Assembly (NCBI GenBank): GCA_002309585.1
Contig: DBXN01000140.1
Location: 23,780-80,989 of the forward strand
Reading direction: 5' to 3'
Source of the DNA: Verrucomicrobia bacterium UBA1211
GTDB taxonomy: Bacteria > Verrucomicrobiota > Kiritimatiellia > RFP12 > UBA1067
DNA length: 57,210 nucleotides
A model generated the notes under the pieces. It did not search any database. It was not told the origin of the DNA and was given only the letters and a program-made list of their open reading frames with translations. Shown here piece by piece: positions 25,931 to 36,024 of this stretch. Position 1 is the first letter of the stretch. Each line of letters opens with the position of its first letter. Both the position numbers and the translations under genes were made by a program.

Positions 25931-28846
25931 ATGAAACGTGTCGTGATGTTGGCTGTGCTGATTGCGGGGACATGGGCGCGTGCGGCAATGCCCGCCGGTT
26001 TTACCGATGATCTGGATGCGGCGTTGGCGGCGGCCGGTGATCAACCTCAAAAAACGGTGCTGGCCCTTTTCACCGGAAGTGACTGGTGCGCGATGGGCAG
26101 GCGTCTTGAGCGCGAGGTGCTGTCGGACCGGGAATTTCTCCGTCAGGCGGAACAGCGTTTCATCTGCGTTTACATGGATTCGCCGAATGACATTTCCCTT
26201 TTATCGGAACCGGCGCGCATCGGCAACCCCAAGTGGGCGGAACGGTATGCCATTGCCGACTATCCGACCGTTTTGCTTCTGGATCCGGCCGGCAAGATCC
26301 TCGCGCGGACTGGTTACCGACCGGGAGGCGCCGAGGCGTATCTCCGTCACCTCTCGGAACTCCTTGAACGGGCACCCCTCGTCACCCGGTACCTGACACC
26401 CTATCGGGAGGAGTTTGATGCTTTGCGGAAAACGTCCGATACCTTTATGAGGGATACGGAGAGCCGGTCTAAACGGGCGAAAGAGGCGTTACGTTTCCGC
26501 TCCCAGGCCAAAGAGATTAGGAAACGGTTCCGCGCGGAGAAGGTCCCGGAACCGCTTGCGGCGGAAGCGGAGGCGTTTCTTGAGGAGATGCTGGCCTTTA
26601 TCCGCGATCTGCGTCTGTTGAACGAGAATGGCGGTTATCCGCCGCCGAAGCCGGAAGGGGAGCCGGTTCTGGTTCCGCCGCAACCGGAGGATGCGAACGT
26701 CGAAACGGCCTACTGCCGGGATGTGGCGCTTCCGTTCTGGCGCAGGCAGATCGTCGAGACCTTCCATCCCCCGGCGGAGATATCCGCCGACGTCAGCAAC
26801 CGCATCGCGCGTATACGGGAAGCGCTCGCACTCCGGCTGGCGACGGGTTATCCGGAATTCCCGACAGGCCGCGATTTAAATGACGCCGAAGAACTGTGGG
26901 ACAAGAAGTGCCGGGATGCCGGTGTCACGCTGGCCTACTATCTCAATCAGGATAATTTCAGCTGGTACAGGAAGGGGACGCAGATCCACAAAGAGGGGAT
27001 CGCCGCGCATGACGATGCGGCGGAACCGATGCTGGGTTTCCTCTTGCGGCGGAGCGCGGCGCTGGACGCGAGAGCGCGGTATGAGTATGATACGAACCAG
27101 ACGAAGGTCATGAGCGAGTCCGAGCCGATCTTCCGGGAGTATGCGGCGGCTTTCGCCCGTGTCGCGCCGATCTTCAAGGCGGCCGACCGCCGGATCGCCG
27201 AGAATCTGGATGTGATGGGAATGTTGCCGTCGGAGGCGCCGGCGCTGCTGGAGAATCCCTATCTGGGTCTCTGCAAGAAAGCGGCGGTATGCAGGGAGGA
27301 TGCCTTTCTGGCGCGCGGCCGCGGCTGGTCGAAGGATGTGACCCAGGAAGGGTGGATCGGCTGGGAAAAAAAGAACGCCGAGACCGAGAAGTATCTTCTT
27401 GAGGCGGTCAGGATGCGTCCCGGGGCCGCCCGTCCGGCGATGATGCTTGCGGATCTGTATGGCCGCTGGGGAGGCCGGGGAGACGCCTTTTACTGGTTCA
27501 ACCGCGGGGTCTCGAACTCCCTTGATCAGGCGGTCCCGTTTCTGATGGATGTCCTCAAGCATCAAACTACCCGGTGGGGCGGTTCGCGGGATATCCTCTA
27601 CGGGGTCGCCACCCAGGCCGTTTCATCGGTCCGGACGGACTCGACCTTCGCATACCGGACGGCGGCCTGCGCGTTGGACCGGATCTTTATCTATGAGGTG
27701 GAGCATCTTCCGCAGACCAATCTGGTCAACCGTATTGTCAAAACGGAAACGGCCGAGGCGTTTTACCGGATGTTCGACGCCTACGCCGCCGCGGGGGAAC
27801 AGCCGTTCATGCCCTCTCCGGACCACTTTCGGGGGATGGGACTCGCCTTCGCGATGCAGCGTGGTGAGTGGGGGAAGGCCCGCGAATATGTCCGTGGCAT
27901 GGGTCAGCCCCTGGTCTTTAAGCATGACGCATACTGGTTGAATCTCCGCGTCCCGCGCCAGGAATATTTCCACATCGGTTCTCCCCGCCCCGATTATTTG
28001 CATACGGTCAACCTGTTTGTCGCGATCGGCCAGAACCGGCACCGTGAAGCGCTTTTCGCGGCGGAGGAGATGGCGGGCCGGAACCAGCATGAAGCCGCCC
28101 TTGCGCAGTATGAGAAGTTGCTCAAAGAGAACCTTTCATGGGAAGAACGCAATGTCGTTTCGCGGCATCTTTTCCTCGAACGGCTGAGGTTTCAGGAGTC
28201 CGCCGGGGGATGGGTGGATGTCATGCCGTCGCAACGGGGTTCCGAAGCGTGGAGTCTGGGCGCATTCGTTCAGATCGGTTCGGACGGATGGGCGCGGCCC
28301 GACAGGAAGACCGACTGTTTCCGTTATCGCACCGAAATCCCCCTGCCGTGGCGGAATGTGGAGTATGAGGCGACCGTCCATTTTGAACGGAAAGATCCTG
28401 ACCAGAAGGTCTGGACGATCGGCTGGGGACTGGGGCGTTGGAATTTGGGAACCAAGCAGATTTGGTATGGACAGTCCTGGGCCTTTCCCTATGTCCATTT
28501 CCGGCGAGATGCGAAGGGTGACCATGTCGCGATCGAGTCGATGAATCCCGCCAACTACAAAACAAACGGTGGCTCGGTCGCCAATGACGGAACCTGCGCT
28601 GAATATACGGTCTACAAAGGAGATCTCGCCTCCTCCGACACGCACACCTTTAGCCTCAAGACCACGCATGACGCATTCATCTTCACGGTTGACGGCCAGC
28701 GTGTCCTGACCATCCCCACCGAGGAGATCATCACCTTCACCCCGTACCGCCAACGTCTCAATCCCTACGACAACACCTTCCCGGTCTGGAAACTTTCCAC
28801 CAACACCGCCTTCTCCGCTTACCGTTACAGGCGGATAACGCCTTAG
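25931..28846 (+). CDS. Secreted 971 aa multidomain protein: monothiol thioredoxin-like N-domain, helical middle, lectin/glucanase-like C-domain
   Basis: Signal peptide. LALFTGSDWCAMGRRLEREV matches thioredoxin-fold proteins, but CxxC is reduced to CAMG. The C-terminus is beta-rich (WTIGWGLGRW...FIFTVDGQRV). Confidence 0.5.
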   Translation: MKRVVMLAVLIAGTWARAAMPAGFTDDLDAALAAAGDQPQKTVLALFTGSDWCAMGRRLEREVLSDREFLRQAEQRFICVYMDSPNDISLLSEPARIGNPKWAERYAIADYPTVLLLDPAGKILARTGYRPGGAEAYLRHLSELLERAPLVTRYLTPYREEFDALRKTSDTFMRDTESRSKRAKEALRFRSQAKEIRKRFRAEKVPEPLAAEAEAFLEEMLAFIRDLRLLNENGGYPPPKPEGEPVLVPPQPEDANVETAYCRDVALPFWRRQIVETFHPPAEISADVSNRIARIREALALRLATGYPEFPTGRDLNDAEELWDKKCRDAGVTLAYYLNQDNFSWYRKGTQIHKEGIAAHDDAAEPMLGFLLRRSAALDARARYEYDTNQTKVMSESEPIFREYAAAFARVAPIFKAADRRIAENLDVMGMLPSEAPALLENPYLGLCKKAAVCREDAFLARGRGWSKDVTQEGWIGWEKKNAETEKYLLEAVRMRPGAARPAMMLADLYGRWGGRGDAFYWFNRGVSNSLDQAVPFLMDVLKHQTTRWGGSRDILYGVATQAVSSVRTDSTFAYRTAACALDRIFIYEVEHLPQTNLVNRIVKTETAEAFYRMFDAYAAAGEQPFMPSPDHFRGMGLAFAMQRGEWGKAREYVRGMGQPLVFKHDAYWLNLRVPRQEYFHIGSPRPDYLHTVNLFVAIGQNRHREALFAAEEMAGRNQHEAALAQYEKLLKENLSWEERNVVSRHLFLERLRFQESAGGWVDVMPSQRGSEAWSLGAFVQIGSDGWARPDRKTDCFRYRTEIPLPWRNVEYEATVHFERKDPDQKVWTIGWGLGRWNLGTKQIWYGQSWAFPYVHFRRDAKGDHVAIESMNPANYKTNGGSVANDGTCAEYTVYKGDLASSDTHTFSLKTTHDAFIFTVDGQRVLTIPTEEIITFTPYRQRLNPYDNTFPVWKLSTNTAFSAYRYRRITP

Positions 28847-28888
28847 TCTGACGTCTGATGTCCGATGTTCCAACCACCTAACCATCCC
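28847..28888 (+). repeat. Heptamer array TCTGACG TCTGATG TCCGATG TTCCAAC CACCTAA CCATCCC
   Basis: Immediately after the stop of the 971 aa gene. Confidence 0.6.
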
Positions 28889-28970
28889 ATGGCTTTGGCT
28901 GATTTATTGTGGCGGAAAGGGGCGCCGCTGTGTTAAAATAATTGCACTTTTTGAACGATGCGGAGGGATT

Positions 28971-30575
28971 ATGGGAATGCGCGTCGAATCGTGTGACTTT
29001 TTTATTGTCGGAAGCGGGATCGCGGGATTGATGAGCGCGTTATACCTGGCGCCGTATGGCCAGGTCTTGCTGGTGACAAAGAAGAAGCTCGATGATTGCA
29101 ACACCAACCACGCGCAGGGCGGGATCGCCTGCGTGATGGAGTTGGAGGACAGTTTCGATCAGCATATCGCCGATACGCTGATCGCGGGGGCGGGTTTGTG
29201 CGACGAGGAGGTGGTCCGGACGATCGTCTCCAGCGGTCCCGCCCGAATCGCCGATCTGGAGAAGCTGGGGGTCTCGTTCAACGGGCGGCCGGACGGCCAG
29301 CCGGGGTATGACCTGGGCCGCGAGGGGGGACACTCCCGCCGGCGTATCCTCCACGCGGGGGACATCACCGGCCAGCGGGTTGAGGCGGTGCTGGTCGAGC
29401 GGGTCCGGAAGAACCGGAACATCAAGGTCTGCGAGTTCTCGATGGTGATCGACCTGATCACCTCCAAGTTCCTGAAGCGTGAAGGTGAGAACCGCTGTCT
29501 GGGCGCCTATGTGTTCGATGAGCGGAAGGGGGAGATCTACGCGGTCCGGTCGCCGAACACGATTCTGGCAACGGGCGGGTGCGGCAAGGTCTATCTCTAC
29601 ACCTGCAATCCCGATATCGCGACCGGAGACGGGATCGCGCTCGCGTGGCGAGCGGGTGCGCAGATCGCGAACATGGAGTTCATCCAGTTCCATCCGACCT
29701 GTCTCTACCATCCGCAGGCGAAGCGGTTTCTGATCAGTGAGGCGGTCCGTGGCGAGGGCGCGGAACTGGTGGATATCGACGGCAAGCCCTTCATGAAGAA
29801 GTACGATCCGCGCGGGGCGTTGGCGCCGCGCGACATCGTGGCGCGGGCGATCGACTCGGAGATGAAGCGGACCGGCGCGCCGTACTGCGCGTTGGATATC
29901 CGGCACAAGGGCAAGGCCTTCCTGAAGGAGCGCTTCCCGAACATCTACAACACCTGCCTCTCGTTCGGGATCGACATGGCGAAGGACCTGATCCCGATCG
30001 TGCCGGCGGCCCATTACTGCTGCGGCGGCGTGCGGGCGGGGGTGGACGGCAAGACTTCGCTGCCTGGGCTTTCGGCGGTTGGAGAGACGGCCTGCACGGG
30101 TCTGCACGGGGCCAACCGGCTGGCCAGCAACTCCCTGCTGGAGGCGGTTGTCTGCGCGTATGAGAACGCGCGGCGCGTGGCGGAACTGCCCCGGACACTC
30201 CCCGACCACCTTCGTATTCCCGACTGGCAGTACGGGACGGCGGTGGCGAGTGACGAGGCGGTCATGGTGGCGCATAACTGGATGGAGGCGCGGACCTGCA
30301 TGTGGGACTATGTCGGCATCGTCCGGACCAACAAGCGGCTGGAGCGCGCGCGCCACCGGATCAAGAATCTCCGCAAAGAGATCCGGGAGTACTATTTCGA
30401 CTATCTGGTGACGCCCGACACGCTGGAGCTGCGGAACCTGGCCTTGGTCGGGGAACTGATCATCACCTGCGCGATGCGCCGCAAGGAGTCGCGGGGACTG
30501 CACTACACGCTGGATTATCCCGAGACGCGCCGGACGGCGCGCGATACGGTCATTGTCCGGGGTTCCCATTTCTAA
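28971..30575 (+). CDS. nadB: L-aspartate oxidase
   Basis: FIVGSGIAGL FAD motif, HAQGGIA, HPTCLYHP, LHGANRLASNSLLE. Confidence 0.9.
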   Translation: MGMRVESCDFFIVGSGIAGLMSALYLAPYGQVLLVTKKKLDDCNTNHAQGGIACVMELEDSFDQHIADTLIAGAGLCDEEVVRTIVSSGPARIADLEKLGVSFNGRPDGQPGYDLGREGGHSRRRILHAGDITGQRVEAVLVERVRKNRNIKVCEFSMVIDLITSKFLKREGENRCLGAYVFDERKGEIYAVRSPNTILATGGCGKVYLYTCNPDIATGDGIALAWRAGAQIANMEFIQFHPTCLYHPQAKRFLISEAVRGEGAELVDIDGKPFMKKYDPRGALAPRDIVARAIDSEMKRTGAPYCALDIRHKGKAFLKERFPNIYNTCLSFGIDMAKDLIPIVPAAHYCCGGVRAGVDGKTSLPGLSAVGETACTGLHGANRLASNSLLEAVVCAYENARRVAELPRTLPDHLRIPDWQYGTAVASDEAVMVAHNWMEARTCMWDYVGIVRTNKRLERARHRIKNLRKEIREYYFDYLVTPDTLELRNLALVGELIITCAMRRKESRGLHYTLDYPETRRTARDTVIVRGSHF

Positions 30576-30578
30576 GCG

Positions 30579-31661
30579 ATGAAGACCTCCGATTTCCACT
30601 ATGACCTGCCGCAGGAGTTGATTGCCCAGGAGCCGCCTGCCGAACGCGGCCAGTCGCGGATGATGGTGCTCCATCGTCAGGACGGGCGGTTGGAGCATCG
30701 GCACATTGCGGATATCGTGGACTATCTGGATGCGAACGATCTGCTGGTGGTCAATGACACGAAGGTTTTCCCCGCCCGAATCAAGGGACAGTGGTCGGAC
30801 ACGGGCGGCGCGCTGGAGTTGCTGTTGCTGGAGCCCCTACCCGTGCCGGGGGAGCGGGTCGGCGCGGCGGAGGAGGTGACCTGCTGGTCCTGCATCAGCG
30901 GTTCGGGACGCCCGGTCAGGGTTGGGTTGCGTGCCCGGTTCGCGGAGGACCATCTGGAGGCGGAGATCCTGGAGAAGACGGGGGAGGGGACCTGCCGGGT
31001 TCTCTTTCTGGCGGACGGTCCGCTGATGGGGATTTTGGACCGGTACGGTTTGACCCCTGTCCCGCCCTACATCCATCGGTCGGGCGATCCGCGTCAGGCG
31101 CGGCTGGACCGGGAGCGGTATCAGACCATCTATGCCCGCGAAGTGGGGGCGGTCGCCGCCCCGACGGCGGGTCTGCACTTTTCGGAGGCGATCCTTCAGC
31201 GGCTCGCCGAGAAGGGCGTGCAACGGGCGTCGGTCACACTGCATGTCGGCCCCGGCACCTTCAAGCCGGTCAAGTGCGAGACGGTGGAGGATCACCGGAT
31301 GGATGCCGAGCGGTATACCGTTTCGGAAGAGACGGCGCGGGCGATCGCCGCCTGCCGGGCGCGGGGCGGACGGGTTGTGGCGGTCGGAAGCACCAGCGTG
31401 CGGACCCTGGAGACCGTTGCGGCGGCGCACGACGGGACAGTTGTGGCGGAACATGGAAGCAGTTCGATCTTCATCTATCCACCCTTCACCTTCCGGGTGA
31501 CCGATGTGATGCTGACCAATTTCCATCTGCCGCAATCGACGCTGCTGATGATGGTCTCGGCCTTGGCGGGGCGGGAGCGGATCCTTTCCGCCTATCAAGA
31601 GGCGATCCGTGAACGGTATCGGTTCTTCAGCTACGGGGATTGCATGCTGATTGTGGGTTGA
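30579..31661 (+). CDS. queA: S-adenosylmethionine:tRNA ribosyltransferase-isomerase
   Basis: MKTSDFHYDLPQELIAQEP, PPYI, AAPTAGLHF, VGSTSVRTLE. Confidence 0.9.
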   Translation: MKTSDFHYDLPQELIAQEPPAERGQSRMMVLHRQDGRLEHRHIADIVDYLDANDLLVVNDTKVFPARIKGQWSDTGGALELLLLEPLPVPGERVGAAEEVTCWSCISGSGRPVRVGLRARFAEDHLEAEILEKTGEGTCRVLFLADGPLMGILDRYGLTPVPPYIHRSGDPRQARLDRERYQTIYAREVGAVAAPTAGLHFSEAILQRLAEKGVQRASVTLHVGPGTFKPVKCETVEDHRMDAERYTVSEETARAIAACRARGGRVVAVGSTSVRTLETVAAAHDGTVVAEHGSSSIFIYPPFTFRVTDVMLTNFHLPQSTLLMMVSALAGRERILSAYQEAIRERYRFFSYGDCMLIVG

Positions 31662-31809
31662 GGGTTGAGCGTTGAGAAAAGGTTAAAAAACTAAAGAGGG
31701 GAACGGGGAATGGGGAAGAGTGTTCAGTGAGCAGTGGTCAGTGTTCAGTGGTCAATGGGACAGTCGTGTGTCGCGTGTCCCGTCCCGCTCAACGCTCAAC
31801 GCTCAACCC
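31655..31809 (+). repeat. 155 nt modular element bounded by 22 nt inverted repeats (GGGTTGAGGGTTGAGCGTTGAG / CTCAACGCTCAACGCTCAACCC)
   Basis: 21 of 22 positions are complementary. The interior has GGTTAAAA, GGGGAAC x3, NNCAGTG x5 and a GGGACA/TGTCCC hairpin (31757-31781). Confidence 0.8.
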
Positions 31810-31884
31810 GCAACGTTCCTCGGGGAACGGGGAAGAGGACTTGACGTTTCTTGATTTTAGGTCGCGATAAAAGGGGATGATACG

Positions 31885-32556
31885 ATGCGGAACTTCAGAG
31901 TGGGGGCATGGATTATGTTTTTGGGCGGGATGGCGGCGGCAATCGCCATTCTGGCGTGGGGCATGAAGGACAGGCGGCCGGTTTTGGTCTGCCTGGGGGA
32001 CAGCCTGACCTCCTGCGGGGGAAAGGGAGGCCATTACAGCGACTGGCTGCAGCGACAGATGCCGGATGTCTGTGTGGTCGATGCGGGTATCGGCGGGGAT
32101 ACGCTCGACGGCGGCTTACGCCGTTATTCCAAGGATGTGCTGGAACGCCATCCCGATGTGGTTTTGATCGCATTGGGGGCGAATGATTTCTGGCGCAATT
32201 CCCGGACGGTCAAAGAGATGTTCGCCGATCTGGAGTCTATGATCGTCCAGGCGAAGGCGATAGGTTGCGAGGTGGTTGTGGCCGGCTGTTTCGGGAAGCG
32301 TGACTTCTGGAACGAGATCTGCACGGAATTCAGCGCGTCGCGGTTCAAACTCGCGTCGGACATGGGTGCGGCGGAGGAGGCGCTTTGCCGAAAATACAAG
32401 TGCCGTTACGTGCCGAACATGCAGGTGGATGTGAAACCCAACCGTCTCGCGCCGTTCTGGGATGAGACCGATCATCCGAACAAGGCCGGAAATGAGCAGG
32501 TCGCGCTCCGTCTCCTTCCCGCGCTTCGTAAAGCGGTGGCTGCGAAGCGGAAGTGA
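31885..32556 (+). CDS. SGNH/GDSL-family hydrolase with N-terminal anchor
   Basis: Block I LGDSLT, block III GGDT, block V-region GANDF, and late DxxH-like DHPN. Confidence 0.7.
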   Translation: MRNFRVGAWIMFLGGMAAAIAILAWGMKDRRPVLVCLGDSLTSCGGKGGHYSDWLQRQMPDVCVVDAGIGGDTLDGGLRRYSKDVLERHPDVVLIALGANDFWRNSRTVKEMFADLESMIVQAKAIGCEVVVAGCFGKRDFWNEICTEFSASRFKLASDMGAAEEALCRKYKCRYVPNMQVDVKPNRLAPFWDETDHPNKAGNEQVALRLLPALRKAVAAKRK

Positions 32557-32623
32557 ATGGGACACTGCGATTGGCGGATTCAGGATCTGGGGTTGTCGGG
32601 AGAGATCGGGAAAGGGGTTTGAA

Positions 32624-35449
32624 ATGAAAAGCGGTTTGGGAATCTGGGTTGCGGCGGTATGTGCGGGATGGTCGCTTCGGGCGGACGAGGTGCTGACGCT
32701 GGGGTGGCGGTTCGCGAAGGAAACGGATCGGAATCTGTCGGCGGAAAAGATAGATTTCGACGACTCGGCTTGGCGGGAGGTCCGGGTGCCGCATGACTGG
32801 GCGATTTCAGGGCCGTTCGACCCCAAGGGAAACGGCGGGACCGGGAAGTTGCCGTGGCAGGGGGTCGGCTGGTATCGGAAGACCCTGGAACTGGCCGCGT
32901 CGGATGCGGGGAAGTGCGTTTATCTCGATTTTGATGGTGTGATGGCTTCGCCCCAAGTCTATGTGAACGGTCAGCTGGCGGGCGGTTGGGATTACGGATA
33001 CATGAGCTTCCGGGTGGATGCGACGCCGTATGTGAAGTTCGGAGAGAAGAATGTGATCGCGGTGCGGGTTTCGACCCTTGACCACCGTTCGCGGTGGTAT
33101 CCCGGGGCGGGCATCTACCGCAAGGTCGTCTTGCGGATTCAGAATTCTTCCCATTTCGCCTATCACGGTATCCAGATCACGACGCCGGAGGTGGAGAAGG
33201 ATCGCGCGACGGTGACGGTGAAGTGGGAGATTGAACAGGCGCCCCTTGACGCGGCGGTTGCGGTGAAACTCATGCGGAAGGGGATTGTCGCCGCGGAGAG
33301 TTCCGCGTTTGCCTCGGCGGGCAGTCTGAATCTGACGGTCGGAACACCCGCGCTTTGGGATGTCGAGTCGCCCAACCTCTACACGGCGGCGGTGGCGCTG
33401 AAATCGGCGGCGGGCGAGACGTTGGCGGAGGAGCGGATCCGCTTCGGCATCCGGACCATCGCGTTTCCGGTTGCGACCGGTCCGTTGGCGAATGACTGGG
33501 CGGCGAACGGGTTTCACCTGAACGGGCGGCGGGTTCAGATGCGCGGCGTCAACCTCCATTCCGATCTCGGATTGCTGGGCATGGCGTTTGACCGGTCGGC
33601 GATGCGGCGGCAGCTGTCGATCATGAAGGCGATGGGCGTGAACGCCCTGCGGACCAGCCACAACGCGCCGGCGCCGGAGGTTTTGGATCTGTGCGACGAG
33701 ATGGGTATTCTGGTGTGGGATGAGTGCTTCGACAAGTGGGACGGAACGGCGGGACGCAAATCGAACGAGAAGCTGGAGCCGTATGTGGCGCGGAATCTCC
33801 AGGCCTTTGTGAAGCGGGACCGGAACCATCCCTCGGTGGTGGTCTGGTCGATGAGCAACGAGATCGGGAAGGGCAAGCCCGATGATCCGAAGAACAATGG
33901 GCTGACCCGTGCGCGGTGCGCTCTCTTCCGTGAGAAAATGCGGGAACTGGACACAACCCGCCCCATCGGGAATGGAAACATCTACTTCATGTCCTACAAG
34001 GATGTCCTCGATGACGGCATCTATGACGATCTGGATATCACCGGGTGGAACTACGGCGGCTGTTACCGTCCGGTCAAGGAGAAGTATCCGACGAAGCCGC
34101 TCGTCTATTCGGAGTCGGCGTCTGCATACAGCTCATACGGTTTTTATATCAACCCGCCTCCGACGGGTAAACGGGAACTGCGCACCAACCAGTATCAGGT
34201 CGATTCGTATGACCACAATGCGGGGCCCGACATTGCGGATGTCGAATTCGACCGCATGGAACGCGACCGCTACGTCTGCGGCGAGTTTGTCTGGACCGGT
34301 TTCGATTATCTGGGCGAACCCACCCCTCACGCCGATTCCCGTTCGTCCTATTTCGGGATCGTCGATCTGACGGGCGTCCCGAAGGATCGCTATTACCTCT
34401 ACCGGAGTTATTGGAATCCCCAGGCTGACACCCTCCACATCCTGCCGCATTGGAACTGGGCGGGGCTGGAAGGTAAGTCGGTTCCCGTCTACGTCTACAC
34501 CAGCGGCGACTCTGCGGAACTTTTCCTCAACGGGCGTTCACTGGGCATCCGCAAAAAGGATGGGCAATCGCTGCCCGGCTTCACGAATCTCATGACGAAA
34601 GCGGCGGTGACGGCCTCCTCCGTCGAGGACGACAAGGGGAATTTCGCGAAGTTGGCGATCGATGGCGATTCCGCGACACGCTGGTGCGCGGCGACGCGGC
34701 ATCTGCCGGAATGGATTCAGTTCGATCTGGGCGAACCCAAGACCTTCCGCTATCTCGCGATCGAATTCGAGTTTGAGTATGCCCTGTATGCCTTCGAGGC
34801 GCAGGTGTCGGCCGATGGCGAGCGGTGGGAGACGGTTTTCGCCAAGAAGGCGGGCGAGACAAAGCCGATCGCGCTTGAGAAGCCGGTGACCGCGCGGTAT
34901 GTGAAAGTGACGGTGACGGAGGTGCAGAAGGGGTATTTCGCGTCGATCCGCGATGTGTACGCGAGTCCGGATCCGATTCCGACGCTCTCGCAGCCCTATT
35001 ATCGGATCTGCGACAAATACCGGTTGCGTTGGCTGGATGTGCCGTATGAGCCGGGTGAACTGAAGGTGATCGCCTATAAGGACGGTAAACGGCTGGGCGA
35101 GAAGACAATGCGGACGGCGGGCGAGCCGGCGGCGCTGAAACTGACGGTCGAGCCGAAGTATTCGGATGACGAAGACGAATTGATCTGGGTCCAGATCGAT
35201 GCGCTGGACGCGAAAGGTGTCCGGAATCCGTTGGCTATGAACCGTCTCCAGTTCAAGCTGGAGGGCAACGGTACGATTCTGGGTGTCGGGAACGGTAATC
35301 CCCATGCGTTTGAGGCATTCACCGAGACCGCCTCGCATCCGCTCTTCTATGGGAAGGCGATGGCGGTGATCCGCCGGGACACTCCGGGACCGTTGTCTCT
35401 GACCGTCACATCGGAGGGTTTAACCGCCGCGACCGTGACGCTTCCTTAA
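32624..35449 (+). CDS. GH2 beta-galactosidase/glucuronidase-type enzyme with an inserted F5/8 type C (discoidin) domain
   Basis: WREVRVPHDW, RTSHNAPAPE, NHPSVVVWSMSNE (acid/base region), and AIDGDSATRWCA, typical of the discoidin domain. Start trimmed from 32462 to the ATG at 32624, which precedes a signal peptide. Confidence 0.8.
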   Translation: MKSGLGIWVAAVCAGWSLRADEVLTLGWRFAKETDRNLSAEKIDFDDSAWREVRVPHDWAISGPFDPKGNGGTGKLPWQGVGWYRKTLELAASDAGKCVYLDFDGVMASPQVYVNGQLAGGWDYGYMSFRVDATPYVKFGEKNVIAVRVSTLDHRSRWYPGAGIYRKVVLRIQNSSHFAYHGIQITTPEVEKDRATVTVKWEIEQAPLDAAVAVKLMRKGIVAAESSAFASAGSLNLTVGTPALWDVESPNLYTAAVALKSAAGETLAEERIRFGIRTIAFPVATGPLANDWAANGFHLNGRRVQMRGVNLHSDLGLLGMAFDRSAMRRQLSIMKAMGVNALRTSHNAPAPEVLDLCDEMGILVWDECFDKWDGTAGRKSNEKLEPYVARNLQAFVKRDRNHPSVVVWSMSNEIGKGKPDDPKNNGLTRARCALFREKMRELDTTRPIGNGNIYFMSYKDVLDDGIYDDLDITGWNYGGCYRPVKEKYPTKPLVYSESASAYSSYGFYINPPPTGKRELRTNQYQVDSYDHNAGPDIADVEFDRMERDRYVCGEFVWTGFDYLGEPTPHADSRSSYFGIVDLTGVPKDRYYLYRSYWNPQADTLHILPHWNWAGLEGKSVPVYVYTSGDSAELFLNGRSLGIRKKDGQSLPGFTNLMTKAAVTASSVEDDKGNFAKLAIDGDSATRWCAATRHLPEWIQFDLGEPKTFRYLAIEFEFEYALYAFEAQVSADGERWETVFAKKAGETKPIALEKPVTARYVKVTVTEVQKGYFASIRDVYASPDPIPTLSQPYYRICDKYRLRWLDVPYEPGELKVIAYKDGKRLGEKTMRTAGEPAALKLTVEPKYSDDEDELIWVQIDALDAKGVRNPLAMNRLQFKLEGNGTILGVGNGNPHAFEAFTETASHPLFYGKAMAVIRRDTPGPLSLTVTSEGLTAATVTLP

Positions 35450-36024
35450 CGTTCTACCAGTGCTTCGCGGAGGGCCGATTCGGAAATGGCTCCTTCGCGG
35501 AGCACCGTCATGCGGTTCTCGGGGTCGATTTTGACGACGGTGCTCGCGATACCGCCGGGGGAGATGCCGCCGTCGATGATGAGGTCGGCTTCCAGACCGA
35601 CATCTTTCAGCGCTTCCGCCGCGGAGCAGGCGGGCATCTGACCGCTGAGATTCGCGCTCGTCACGCGCAGCACACCGCCGCACGCTTTCAGTAGCTGGCG
35701 TGTCGCGTCATGGTCCGGCACACGGAAGCCTTCATACCCCTCCCCGCAGGGCAGCACGAGGGTCAATGCGCCGGGCCAGAAGGTCTCCGCCAGTTTGAGA
35801 GCCGCATCGGGAAGCGTGGCGCCGAAGGCGCGGACCGACGCGAGGTCCGCCGCCAGCAGCGCGATCGGTTTGTCAGTCGGGCGGCCTTTGATCTGGCGGA
35901 TGCGGCGGACCGCGCCCGGACAATCGGGTTTCGCGCCGATGCCGTAGACGGTGTCGGTCGGAAGGATCACGACGCCGCCCGCATCGAGAATCCGTTGCGC
36001 ATGGATGAGTTTCGTGTTTTCCAT
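35446..36024 (-). CDS. tsaC: L-threonylcarbamoyladenylate synthase (TsaC/YrdC type)
   Basis: VVILPTDTVYGIGA, GRPTDKPIALL, LRVTSANLSG. Its ATG shares one nucleotide with the TGA of the upstream gene (TGATG at 36022-36026). Confidence 0.8.
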   Translation of the reverse strand: MENTKLIHAQRILDAGGVVILPTDTVYGIGAKPDCPGAVRRIRQIKGRPTDKPIALLAADLASVRAFGATLPDAALKLAETFWPGALTLVLPCGEGYEGFRVPDHDATRQLLKACGGVLRVTSANLSGQMPACSAAEALKDVGLEADLIIDGGISPGGIASTVVKIDPENRMTVLREGAISESALREALVER

